Assembly (NCBI GenBank): GCA_003282485.1
Contig: QBZD01000002.1
Span: forward strand, 4,769-68,768
Length of the DNA: 64,000 nt
DNA from: Pelagibacteraceae bacterium AG-333-C14
GTDB lineage: Bacteria > Pseudomonadota > Alphaproteobacteria > Pelagibacterales > AG-422-B15
Direction of reading: 5' to 3'
Positions 31,152-40,167 of the stretch are shown here, piece after piece; the stretch's first letter is position 1, and the number at the start of each line of letters is the position of its first letter. The notes beneath the pieces were generated by a model that worked only from the letters and a program-made list of their open reading frames with translations, was not told the DNA's origin and did no database searches. Position numbers and translations under genes: made by a program.

Positions 31152-31793
31152 ATGAAGGTGGATTTATATTTCTCTTTTAGAAGTCCCTATTCGTATTTAA
31201 TTTTGCCACGCATGGTTGAATTGAGAGATAAACATGGGGTAGATGTTAATTTTAAGCAAGTTTACCCTCTTGCAATAAGGGAACCAGAATTTTTTAAAGG
31301 TAAAAATCTCTTTACTTACTTTTTAATCAGAAGAATTGATTATGTTAGACAAGCAAAAAAAAATAATATGGTTTTTGTCAAACCAAATCCTGATCCAATA
31401 AATCAAAACTTGGTGACTGGAAAAATTTCTGACCATCAGCCTTATATTTTTAAATTGGCACACTATTGTCAAGCCATTGAAAAAAGTAAGCAGCTTGATT
31501 TTGCTGTTGTGGTTTCAAATAAAATTTGGAGCGGTCTCAAGAATTGGAATACAGATGAGTCAATAGCAGATGCTACTTCAAAAGTTGGACTTAAGTTTGA
31601 AGATATTGAAAAAATACGTATTGAAAACGAACAAGCGTTAATTGATGAAATTAAGTTAAATCAAAAAGAACAGCTTGAGGCGGGACATCACGGAGTTCCC
31701 TTGTCTGTTTACAAAGATAAATTCTTTTTTGGCCAAGACCGTTTTGATGATCTGGTTAGTGAATTAAAAAAAGATGGATTAGTGATAAGTTGA
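31152..31793 (+). CDS. DsbA-family 2-hydroxychromene-2-carboxylate isomerase-like protein
   Basis: 213 aa. 'DLYFSFRSPYSYL' replaces CxxC as in the HCCA isomerase/kappa-GST family. C-terminal 'GVPLSVYKDKFFFGQDR'. Confidence 0.7.
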   Translation: MKVDLYFSFRSPYSYLILPRMVELRDKHGVDVNFKQVYPLAIREPEFFKGKNLFTYFLIRRIDYVRQAKKNNMVFVKPNPDPINQNLVTGKISDHQPYIFKLAHYCQAIEKSKQLDFAVVVSNKIWSGLKNWNTDESIADATSKVGLKFEDIEKIRIENEQALIDEIKLNQKEQLEAGHHGVPLSVYKDKFFFGQDRFDDLVSELKKDGLVIS

Positions 31794-31827
31794 TCAGAAA
31801 TAAGTATTTCCTGGTTCACAATTAATA

Positions 31828-32700
31828 CTATTGTGCTGATATTCCTCTTATTCTCTCAGATCTTCTTCGTAATAACTCTGTTACGATCAGAATTAATGTT
31901 GAAAGAACAATTAAGCACGTAGCTACAGCCATAATTGTTGGACTAAGCTGCTCTCTTAATCCTGTCCACATCTGAAGAGGTATAGTTGTTAAGTTCCTAT
32001 CGCCTCCAGCAACAAATAAGATAACAACTATCTCATCAAATGATGTAACGAATGCAAAGAGTGCACCCGAAATAATTCCTGGTGTAATAAGAGGCAGAGT
32101 AATTTTAAAAAATGTATTAGTTGGCGTACTACCAAGACTTGAAGCAGCTCTAGTAATACTGTCATCAAAACCACTTAAGGTGGCCGTTACAGTAATTACA
32201 ACAAATGGAGTTCCTAATATTATATGAGCGATTACTATGCCAGGAAACGTTGCAGCGAGACCTAATTTAGCGAGTGAAAAGAAAATTGCCGAGCCAGAAA
32301 TGATAAGTGGGATGATCATTGGTGATATCAAAATACTCATGATCAATTGCTTGTAAGGCATATACCGACTGCTGAGTCCAAGGGCAGCAACGGTCCCTAA
32401 AACTGTAGCACCAATAGTTGCGAAGAAGGCATAATAGATACTATTTCGAGCAGCTATTCCCCATGGATTTTTGGTACCATAAACCATATCTTCATACCAT
32501 CTAAGCGAGAAGGCTTCAGGTTGAAGAGCCAACATTCCATCTGAAAAGTGAATGTATTGTTCCGCATTAAATGAGAGTGGAATGATGACAAATAGTGGAG
32601 CTATTAGAAAAAAGAAAACTGCAGTACAAATAATAATATATGAGTAGTGCCAGACCCTGTATCTTGTTTCTGTATATTTAGGTAAAGCCATCTTATCCAA
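31828..32700 (-). CDS. ABC importer permease (PotC-like)
   Basis: 290 aa, 6 TM, EAA loop 'AASSLGSTPTNTFFKITLPL'. Confidence 0.8.
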   Translation of the reverse strand: MDKMALPKYTETRYRVWHYSYIIICTAVFFFLIAPLFVIIPLSFNAEQYIHFSDGMLALQPEAFSLRWYEDMVYGTKNPWGIAARNSIYYAFFATIGATVLGTVAALGLSSRYMPYKQLIMSILISPMIIPLIISGSAIFFSLAKLGLAATFPGIVIAHIILGTPFVVITVTATLSGFDDSITRAASSLGSTPTNTFFKITLPLITPGIISGALFAFVTSFDEIVVILFVAGGDRNLTTIPLQMWTGLREQLSPTIMAVATCLIVLSTLILIVTELLRRRSERIRGISAQ

Positions 32701-33940
32701 GCCTCATGTTATCTATGCCGACAATTTTATTATAGAGCCAATAAACTATTAAAACGGCCACCAACAAAACAGCTGCCATAGCAGTTGCCAGAGACCAATC
32801 AAGTGATTGCTGCATATGGTATGCAATTCTATTACTAATTAATGTTCCCTTAGCACCCCCAACTAACGCAGGAGTGATGTAATATCCAATAGAAAGAACA
32901 AAAACCAAAATCGATCCTGCACTTATGCCAGCATATGTGAGTGGAAAGTAAATTTTTCTAAATGCAAGGAAAGGAGTAGCCCCCATTGACGTTGCAGCTC
33001 TCATTAAACTTGGGGGTATAGTTTTCATTACACTGTAAAGTGGAAGAACCATAAATGGTAACAGTATTTGTGTCATCGCGATAAATGTACCAGTCATGTT
33101 GTACATTAATTCAAGCCTTCCTTCGTCTGCAACAATCCCAAGAGAGACGAGAGTATCATTTAAGACTCCCTGTTTTTGTAGTAGAACCATCCAACTGGAG
33201 GTACGCACGAGAAGTGAAGTCCAAAATGGAAGTAAAACACAAATCATAAGTAAATTTGAATATCGAGTTGGTAAAACAGAAAGCAAATGTGATATAGGGT
33301 ATGCTAGTAAGAAACAGCAGAATGTAACACCTGCGGCAACAAAAATAGTTCTTAACCAAAGAGTTACATTTATTCGTTTCTTTTCAGGTATTCGTTCAAT
33401 CGAGCCATCAAATTTTTGCTCATAGTCAAATGTTGTTAAATACTTACGGTAATGATAAGCGTCCGTTCCTCTTTTTAATGCCAGCCAATACTCAATATCA
33501 CCCCATTTTTTATGAACATCAATAAACTGATCTAGAAAATTTCCATTCTCATCGAAATCTTTAAGTTTTCTTGAAGTCTTTTTTATAAGGCTTGTGAAGC
33601 CCCCTTTTTCATAATTGAGTCTGGTCGCAATTTTGCCGTGATTCTTTTCTTCTACTAATCCTTTAAGTTCATAAAAAAAAGTCGAGGTTACATCTTCTCC
33701 AGGCATTTCACTGCCATCCCAAGATTGCATAGCTTCATGCGTATTACTTAAAAATTCATTCATTTGAACGTTATCGACACTTCGCCCAAGCATTTGGAAT
33801 ATTGGAATCACATAGGCAAAAACGATAAAAAAGAGTAATGGCGCTGCCAATAAGAAAGCTGTTGCTCTTCGTCTTCTCTCAACTTTTCTGAGTTTTACAG
33901 AGAGAAGTTCTCCATCTGATGTTCTTATTTCTGCTGACAT
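32693..33940 (-). CDS. ABC importer permease (PotB-like) with a large extracytoplasmic insert after TM1
   Basis: 415 aa, EAA loop 'AATSMGATPFLAFRKIYFPL'. A hydrophilic segment of about 140 aa separates TM1 (aa ~27-50) from TM2 (aa ~192). Confidence 0.8.
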   Translation of the reverse strand: MSAEIRTSDGELLSVKLRKVERRRRATAFLLAAPLLFFIVFAYVIPIFQMLGRSVDNVQMNEFLSNTHEAMQSWDGSEMPGEDVTSTFFYELKGLVEEKNHGKIATRLNYEKGGFTSLIKKTSRKLKDFDENGNFLDQFIDVHKKWGDIEYWLALKRGTDAYHYRKYLTTFDYEQKFDGSIERIPEKKRINVTLWLRTIFVAAGVTFCCFLLAYPISHLLSVLPTRYSNLLMICVLLPFWTSLLVRTSSWMVLLQKQGVLNDTLVSLGIVADEGRLELMYNMTGTFIAMTQILLPFMVLPLYSVMKTIPPSLMRAATSMGATPFLAFRKIYFPLTYAGISAGSILVFVLSIGYYITPALVGGAKGTLISNRIAYHMQQSLDWSLATAMAAVLLVAVLIVYWLYNKIVGIDNMRLG

Positions 33941-33968
33941 TAAGTAAGAGGATACTTAATTTAAAGGA

Positions 33969-33994
33969 CTTGGGCAACCCATAGGTTGCCCAAG
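33969..33994 (-). terminator. intra-operon stem-loop (attenuator or mRNA-stabilising hairpin) between the binding-protein and permease genes
   Basis: Perfect 11-bp GC-rich stem CTTGGGCAACC/GGTTGCCCAAG with a 4-nt loop, 10 nt downstream of the binding-protein stop. On the - strand it is followed by a partly U-rich tract (UCCUUUAAAUU). Confidence 0.55.
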
Positions 33995-34004
33995 TTTTAG
34001 TCTT

Positions 34005-35126
34005 TTATAAGTTAGCTTTCCAAGCTTCCCATGCGTCGTTGATATCAGTATTGTTATCAGCGTACCACTCTGGGTTCATAAGAACATAGTTCTTAGTGTT
34101 TGCTGGAGCTGTAGGCATGTGAGGCATAATCTCAACTGCACCTGCTTGAGGTGAATTAAACCAAGGCTCATCAGCCATGATTATGTCTAGCGATGAGATT
34201 CTGAAAGGTGCGTAAGCAATATGTTTTGCACTTCCAGCCAATCCTTCAGAGCTTGTGAAGTATTTTAATGCTTCCATTGCTTCAGCTTGGTTAGGACCAC
34301 CTTTTACAAGTACGAAGTACTCATAATCAAGAATTTGACCATCCCAAACCATTTTCATTGGTGAACCTTCGTTCACAATGGCGTTGAAATGACGTCCGTT
34401 CCAACCAGTAGCCATAATAGCTTCACCAGAAACTAACTGCTCAGGTGGTTGTGCACCAGCTGACCAGAATATGCAACCACCATTAGGGTCGTTACAAAGT
34501 TCTGAAAGCTTATCAAGAGCTCTATCGATTCCATTTTCTTCCATGTAGTCATACACGTCAGCTCCTGGAACACCATCTGCAACTAATGCAAACTCAAGGT
34601 TTGACATTGCAGAGCTATACAGAGATCTTACTCCTGGATATTTGCTTGGATTGAAGAAGTCTTCCATTGAGTCAGGATAACTTCCGTCAAAATTTATGTT
34701 ATCAGTGTTGTAAGCGTAGTTCCATGAGTAAAGAATGTTACCCACAGCACAGTCACTTGGCATTGGAGCAAAGAAGTCGTCACTTGCTTTCATGCCGTTT
34801 ACACCTGCTGGGAAGTCATTGTCGAAATCAAATTCTACAAACAATCCTTCGTCACAACCGATAATTGTATCACGTGCATACACATCGATGATGTCCCAAG
34901 TAATTGCTCCAGACTCGACTTGAGCTTTAACTTCACTCAAACCTCCACTGTAGTCGATCCAGTTTACTTGAACACCACTCTTCTCTTGATATGGGTCCCC
35001 GTAACCTAGTTTTTGACTTTCTGTATAAGCGCCACCCCAAGATACTACATTTACTTCCGCAGCTGTAGCCATTGTAGGAGCCGCTAATAAAGCAGCCAAA
35101 GACATTATTTTTGTTAATCTTAACAT
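34005..35126 (-). CDS. ABC importer periplasmic substrate-binding protein (PotD/PotF-like)
   Basis: 373 aa. Signal peptide 'MLRLTKIMSLAALLAAPTMATAAE', an aromatic/acidic-rich mature protein, and its position within the importer operon. Confidence 0.75.
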   Translation of the reverse strand: MLRLTKIMSLAALLAAPTMATAAEVNVVSWGGAYTESQKLGYGDPYQEKSGVQVNWIDYSGGLSEVKAQVESGAITWDIIDVYARDTIIGCDEGLFVEFDFDNDFPAGVNGMKASDDFFAPMPSDCAVGNILYSWNYAYNTDNINFDGSYPDSMEDFFNPSKYPGVRSLYSSAMSNLEFALVADGVPGADVYDYMEENGIDRALDKLSELCNDPNGGCIFWSAGAQPPEQLVSGEAIMATGWNGRHFNAIVNEGSPMKMVWDGQILDYEYFVLVKGGPNQAEAMEALKYFTSSEGLAGSAKHIAYAPFRISSLDIIMADEPWFNSPQAGAVEIMPHMPTAPANTKNYVLMNPEWYADNNTDINDAWEAWKANL

Positions 35127-35248
35127 GATTAATCGTCTCCTTTTTTTATATAAAGAAGATATTACATAGGGGCTTTAACAAAAACGCAACAAAAAAAAGT
35201 AAATTTTTTCAATATTTTAGGTTTGAATCTATATGTAGTATCAAATGT

Positions 35249-36337
35249 TTAGTAATCTAGTGCTCGACAGTCCTGGGAAGACCAGCCCAAATTTAATTTA
35301 TCACCAAGATTAAGCTTTGAATTACTGCTCGCGTTTGGAACTTTTAAAATAAAATCATCGTTACCCAGCAAATTTACACGTACTCTTGTATGATCGCCGT
35401 GGTAGATAATTTCTTTTATTTCAGCTTCAAATCGATTTTCAATCTGCTCAGTCGGATTAATGCTAACCCTTTCAGGTCTGAGAGAAATTCTTGATTTTTC
35501 ACCAGCAGAAGATACTGCTATTGGGTTAGCTATTATTATCTCTCCAGTGCTGGTTTCAACTTTTGCAGAACCAGAAGCTAGTTCTTTTACAGTGCCGGTA
35601 AAAGTATTATTTTCACCAATAAAGCCAGCAACAAAAGAATTAACCGGCGTCTCGTACAATTCATTTGGACCAGAAAGCTGTTGAACTTTACCATCATTAA
35701 AGACAGCAATTCTATTTGACATTGTTAATGCTTCGCCTTGATCGTGTGTAACATATACGACTGTAACACCCAATGTTTCATGAATATGTTTTAATTCGTA
35801 TTGCATACTCTCACGCAAGTTTTTGTCTAACGCACCTAAAGGTTCATCCATTAAAACTAATTTAGGATCAAATACTAATGCTCTTGCAACAGCGACACGT
35901 TGCTGTTGACCACCAGATAGTTGTGCAGGCATTCTGTTTTCAAAGCCCGTTAGTGAAACCATTTTTAAGGTCTTATTTATACGTTCTTCAATTTCTGACT
36001 TATCAATTTTTCTAACTTTTAATGGAAAGGCTAAATTTTCAAATACTGATAGGTGAGGAAAAAGAGCGTAGTTTTGAAAAACCATACCAATACCTCTTTT
36101 GTGAGGAGGTATATTATTGATTGGGTTTCCATCGAAATATATCTCTCCATTAGTAGGCGTCTCAAAGCCGGCGAGCATCATTAACGTAGTTGTTTTACCT
36201 GAACCTGATGGCCCCAATAGAGTTAAAAATTCCCCTTCAGCAATATCAAGGTCCAAACCTTTTACGACCAGTTCTTTACCGTCGTAACTTTTGTCAACCT
36301 GTTCAAATTTAACAAAATCTGACTTTTTTCCACTCAT
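35249..36337 (-). CDS. ABC importer ATP-binding protein (PotA-like)
   Basis: Walker A 'GPSGSGKTT', signature 'LSGGQQQRV', Walker B 'LVLMDEP' and a C-terminal TOBE-like domain. Confidence 0.9.
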   Translation of the reverse strand: MSGKKSDFVKFEQVDKSYDGKELVVKGLDLDIAEGEFLTLLGPSGSGKTTTLMMLAGFETPTNGEIYFDGNPINNIPPHKRGIGMVFQNYALFPHLSVFENLAFPLKVRKIDKSEIEERINKTLKMVSLTGFENRMPAQLSGGQQQRVAVARALVFDPKLVLMDEPLGALDKNLRESMQYELKHIHETLGVTVVYVTHDQGEALTMSNRIAVFNDGKVQQLSGPNELYETPVNSFVAGFIGENNTFTGTVKELASGSAKVETSTGEIIIANPIAVSSAGEKSRISLRPERVSINPTEQIENRFEAEIKEIIYHGDHTRVRVNLLGNDDFILKVPNASSNSKLNLGDKLNLGWSSQDCRALDY

Positions 36338-36455
36338 GATTTCAGACTAAGGTAAAAATAGGTGGGAATCTAGGGTTATTTACACTAAATTAATTATAGA
36401 TAAAAATTATAATAAAGTTCGTTAATTAACCAAAACAAGATATTACAAAGTATAA

Positions 36456-37889
36456 ATGAAAAAATATCAACACTACATAAATGGAGAGTGGATTGACTCC
36501 ACAGGTAATGAACTTATTGCCGTTTTAAATCCAGCAACAGAAGAAGTAATAGGAGAAATTTTAGCTGCTAATAAAGATGATATTGGTCTAGCTGTTGCGG
36601 CTGCAAAAGCAGCTTATGATTCACGAGTACTCGTCGATATGAATCCTATGGAGAGAGCAAAGTTGATGCGCAGTATTGCAGATGAGCTTAGAAAAGTCAG
36701 CAAAGACGGTGGCGCACTGTTATGTGAAGAGAATGGGAAATTGCTAGGTGCATCTGAGTATGAATTTTTGGACGCCGCAAACTATTTTGACTATTACAGT
36801 GGATTGACTGACAAAATTGAAGGTCAAACTATACCAGTGAACAATCAGGTCATGGATTATACCTTGTATGAACCATATGGCGTTTCAGGTCACATTGTTC
36901 CTTGGAACTTTCCGATTTCAATGTTGGCACGCTCACTTGCCTGTTCATTTGCTGCGGGAAATTCAACAGTTATAAAACCTGCTGAGCTTACTCCTCTTGC
37001 AACTACATCATTTTTTGCTCAGGCTATTCACAATGCAGGCGTACCGAAGGGACTTATAAATATAGTAACTGGATACGGCGTTGAAGCAGGAGCTGCATTG
37101 ACATCAAATGCTGATGTTGCTCAAATCACATTCACTGGTTCTGTGAAAACTGGAAAGACTATACTTCACGCAGCTGCCGAAAGAGCTGTGCCAGCAGTAG
37201 TAGAGTTAGGTGGTAAATCAGCTGCTGTTGTATTGCCAGACGCTGATATAGATAAAGTTGTTAACGCAACAAAAGTTGGAATATTTAGTCAAGCCGGACA
37301 AATATGTTCAGCAATGTCACGCATGATTGTTCATAAATCTATTAAAGATGAGGTATTAGATAAGTTATCAGAATTAGCAAAGTCAATAAAAGTTGGTCCA
37401 GGAAATGAAGAAGGTGTTGACCTAACACCTGTAATTTCAGAAGAACAGCTTCAAAAAGTAGAAAACTTCGCAAGATCAGGATTGCAAGCTGGAGCGACTG
37501 CAATATCAGGAGGTAATCGAGTTGATCGTAAAGGATATTTCTTTGAGCCAACAATTTATGCTGATGTAAAGCCAGATATGACAATTGCTCAAGAAGAAAT
37601 TTTTGGCCCATTCCTATCTGTGCTCGAATATGAAGATCATGAAGAAGCAATTCATATTGCAAATGATACAGACTACGGTTTAGCTGCGGGTGTATTTACA
37701 AAAGACGTTGATATGGCAACAAAGACAGCGGCTAAACTTAATGGTGGACAAGTTTATGTGAATAGTTGGTTTACCGGCAGTGTTGCAACTCCTTTTGGTG
37801 GGTACAAACAATCAGGCTATAGTCGTGAAAAAGGTCAGCAAGCTATAAAGAGCTATTTGCAATTAAAGAATGTTGGAATTCAACTTTAA
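36456..37889 (+). CDS. NAD(P)+-dependent aldehyde dehydrogenase
   Basis: 477 aa with 'PWNFP', 'ELGGKSA', 'QAGQICSAMSR' (catalytic Cys) and 'EEIFGP'. Confidence 0.9.
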   Translation: MKKYQHYINGEWIDSTGNELIAVLNPATEEVIGEILAANKDDIGLAVAAAKAAYDSRVLVDMNPMERAKLMRSIADELRKVSKDGGALLCEENGKLLGASEYEFLDAANYFDYYSGLTDKIEGQTIPVNNQVMDYTLYEPYGVSGHIVPWNFPISMLARSLACSFAAGNSTVIKPAELTPLATTSFFAQAIHNAGVPKGLINIVTGYGVEAGAALTSNADVAQITFTGSVKTGKTILHAAAERAVPAVVELGGKSAAVVLPDADIDKVVNATKVGIFSQAGQICSAMSRMIVHKSIKDEVLDKLSELAKSIKVGPGNEEGVDLTPVISEEQLQKVENFARSGLQAGATAISGGNRVDRKGYFFEPTIYADVKPDMTIAQEEIFGPFLSVLEYEDHEEAIHIANDTDYGLAAGVFTKDVDMATKTAAKLNGGQVYVNSWFTGSVATPFGGYKQSGYSREKGQQAIKSYLQLKNVGIQL

Positions 37890-38504
37890 TTAATCATTAT
37901 CTTCAAGACCAGCTCCGGCAGCTGTGCTCTTTAATTTTTCATTTTCTTCAACAAAAGTATTTGTTGATAATTCATACAACTCATCCCAAACCTCTTGAGA
38001 AAATGAATCCTCATTTTCAAATACAATTATTCTAACGTTTTTAGCATTTTCTAATATTAATGAATTAATATCACTATTACTAAACATGTACTTATCTAAA
38101 TTAAATTTAAAATTGTATTCGTCAATCTCAATGCTGACTCTTTTCCCAATAAGAAATGAAAGTCTACTTATGAAAGGAATTATAAGGAGAGGGAAGCTAA
38201 CATTATAAAAAATAATTTCTTTTAAAATTTCTATATTTTTAAAATCATCTATCAGACATACTCCTGTCAAAATAGGGCAAAGACTTTCATTATCTATTTT
38301 GTTTTGGGACTTTATGACATTAGGACCAATTGGTTTTTTATTTTTTATTTCACTTAAATAGGATTTTAAATTTTCAATACCAGCAATTCCTATTAATTCT
38401 AATACATCAATATTTTTTCCAACTTCTTCAGCTATACCCCACGAGTATCCTGCAGCTTTAGTAGCTCTTTTTGAAACTGTAATGATTTCACTCGAGGACC
38501 TCAT
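37890..38504 (-). CDS. DUF3726-like protein of unknown function
   Basis: 204 aa. The N-terminal 'KRATKAAGYSWGIAEEVGKN' and C-terminal 'AAGAGLEDND' resemble what I recall of DUF3726 proteins. It is the last gene of a tightly coupled trio. Confidence 0.45.
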   Translation of the reverse strand: MRSSSEIITVSKRATKAAGYSWGIAEEVGKNIDVLELIGIAGIENLKSYLSEIKNKKPIGPNVIKSQNKIDNESLCPILTGVCLIDDFKNIEILKEIIFYNVSFPLLIIPFISRLSFLIGKRVSIEIDEYNFKFNLDKYMFSNSDINSLILENAKNVRIIVFENEDSFSQEVWDELYELSTNTFVEENEKLKSTAAGAGLEDND

Positions 38505-38508
38505 GGAA

Positions 38509-40167
38509 TTATGAATAGATCCATCTGTCGTTAGTTTGACTTATTTCATTCATTAGAGGAGCTCCTTGATACATGCATATTCTCAACCATTTATCAGAAC
38601 GTGGGTCAAATTTTTGTGCCCCAAAAAAAGATAACTTTAATCTTAGCATATCAATGGGCATTAAATTTGAACCGATTGAATTATCTTGAATTTCCGAATA
38701 GGGTAACTTCTCAGCTATAAAGCATCTTCTTACCACATGTCTTAAATCGTTATTGTTCCTTAAAAACTCAGACAAAATTTGGTCTTCAGGAACATCCAAA
38801 AGACGATAATACAGATCATTTATATCACGAGCGATGGCAAGAGGCTGTTCCAACTCAGATCCATCGTCATCAAATCTGTTTGCTAACCTTGGCTCCTCTT
38901 TATTTTTTGAGATAAACCAGAATTTTTCGTTTGGCTCATTTTTTGAGAAATCAATCTCTATAATATCTTTGTAACCTTTAGAAATTATATTCTTTAATTC
39001 ACTTACTTTTTTATAAGTCGGTATATTGAAATATAAATCTTCATTGGAACTCATATTTGATATCAAAGGGTTAATAATAGAGTCGTAAGGCTCCATCATT
39101 AGCGAAATGATAAATTCAATACCTTCAAAACTTAAATGTTTTTCAATCCATGTATAAAGATGATCCCAAAGATTATCTTTATCTACAGATAAGGTTGAAA
39201 GATATTCACTTTCAAATTTTTCAATATCATTCCTTAAATCTTTTATTTTTTTTATTTGATACTCACTTTCTGTTTCCCAAGTACTAATCATATTTTTAGA
39301 AAGCTTGAGGCATTCCCTAAATATGCTTAGGTCACTTTCTTTAACCTTGCTTATTTCTCTAATCTGTTTTAAAGCTTCTTCTTTAGCAAAAATCCACTGA
39401 TGCAACAGAGATGGATGATTAATAATAAAAGGAGCCATGCCAAGCCCTGTAGAATTTCCTATTCCTAGTTTACGTGCTATTGACTGATCAAGTTTGATAG
39501 CCAATTTAGGATTCTTCTTTTTAGCAATATGATTAACCTGGTCAAACGTAAACTGACGCACTAAATAGACCAACATCATTTCAAGTCGAAAGGGACCATT
39601 AATTTCTTTACGGTCTTTAATTCTATATCGATCAGCTAATCCGAATTTACCAGATCCATAAACCGCCGTGGTTCTATAGAGGTAGCCAACTTTTTTTATC
39701 AAAGATAAATCAGGTTGAATTCCTTTTGAAAGTTTTTCAACAACATGATTAAAAATTCTTACAGATTTATTTGCTCTCGATAATGTTAATTCTTTATAAC
39801 TGCATCGGCCAACTTCCTGCTTAGGAACATTCAATTTTAATCTTTGAATATCTTTTTCTGTTGGTATTCCATCGTGAAGAACAAATGCTGCATCCCACTT
39901 CGTAGCAATTACTCTGTCGGACCTTTCTGAGGCATCAAGTTCATTAGCAAAGCAAATCAATGAATAGGTGCGGCTATCTTTATTAACTGAATAAACAGCA
40001 GTTCCAAAACCTTGGTCATCAAGATCAAATAAATCACATTTAAATGTCCAACTTTTAAATTCTCTCACAAAGCTTCTTAGAAAAGATAGCTTTGTTTGAT
40101 GAAAGGAGCCCAATCGCTTTAGTGTCATGACTTCATGGGGATCGCGGCGCTTAATTTGATTACGCAT
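38509..40167 (-). CDS. hypothetical protein, 552 aa, no family recognised
   Basis: Long uninterrupted ORF with no TM and no signal peptide. Its start overlaps the dipeptidase stop, and it lies 4 nt upstream of the DUF3726-like start. I recognise no catalytic motif. Confidence 0.7.
   Translation of the reverse strand: MRNQIKRRDPHEVMTLKRLGSFHQTKLSFLRSFVREFKSWTFKCDLFDLDDQGFGTAVYSVNKDSRTYSLICFANELDASERSDRVIATKWDAAFVLHDGIPTEKDIQRLKLNVPKQEVGRCSYKELTLSRANKSVRIFNHVVEKLSKGIQPDLSLIKKVGYLYRTTAVYGSGKFGLADRYRIKDRKEINGPFRLEMMLVYLVRQFTFDQVNHIAKKKNPKLAIKLDQSIARKLGIGNSTGLGMAPFIINHPSLLHQWIFAKEEALKQIREISKVKESDLSIFRECLKLSKNMISTWETESEYQIKKIKDLRNDIEKFESEYLSTLSVDKDNLWDHLYTWIEKHLSFEGIEFIISLMMEPYDSIINPLISNMSSNEDLYFNIPTYKKVSELKNIISKGYKDIIEIDFSKNEPNEKFWFISKNKEEPRLANRFDDDGSELEQPLAIARDINDLYYRLLDVPEDQILSEFLRNNNDLRHVVRRCFIAEKLPYSEIQDNSIGSNLMPIDMLRLKLSFFGAQKFDPRSDKWLRICMYQGAPLMNEISQTNDRWIYS

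Noticed and set aside
31828-36337. The only ABC ATPase in the window as a possible energiser for the TolC/HlyD cluster.
   Set aside because: It belongs to a binding-protein-dependent importer, with a PotA-like ATPase carrying a TOBE-like domain, EAA-loop permeases and a periplasmic binding protein. It is 8 kb away on the opposite strand. T1SS ABC exporters are fused TMD-NBD half-transporters.
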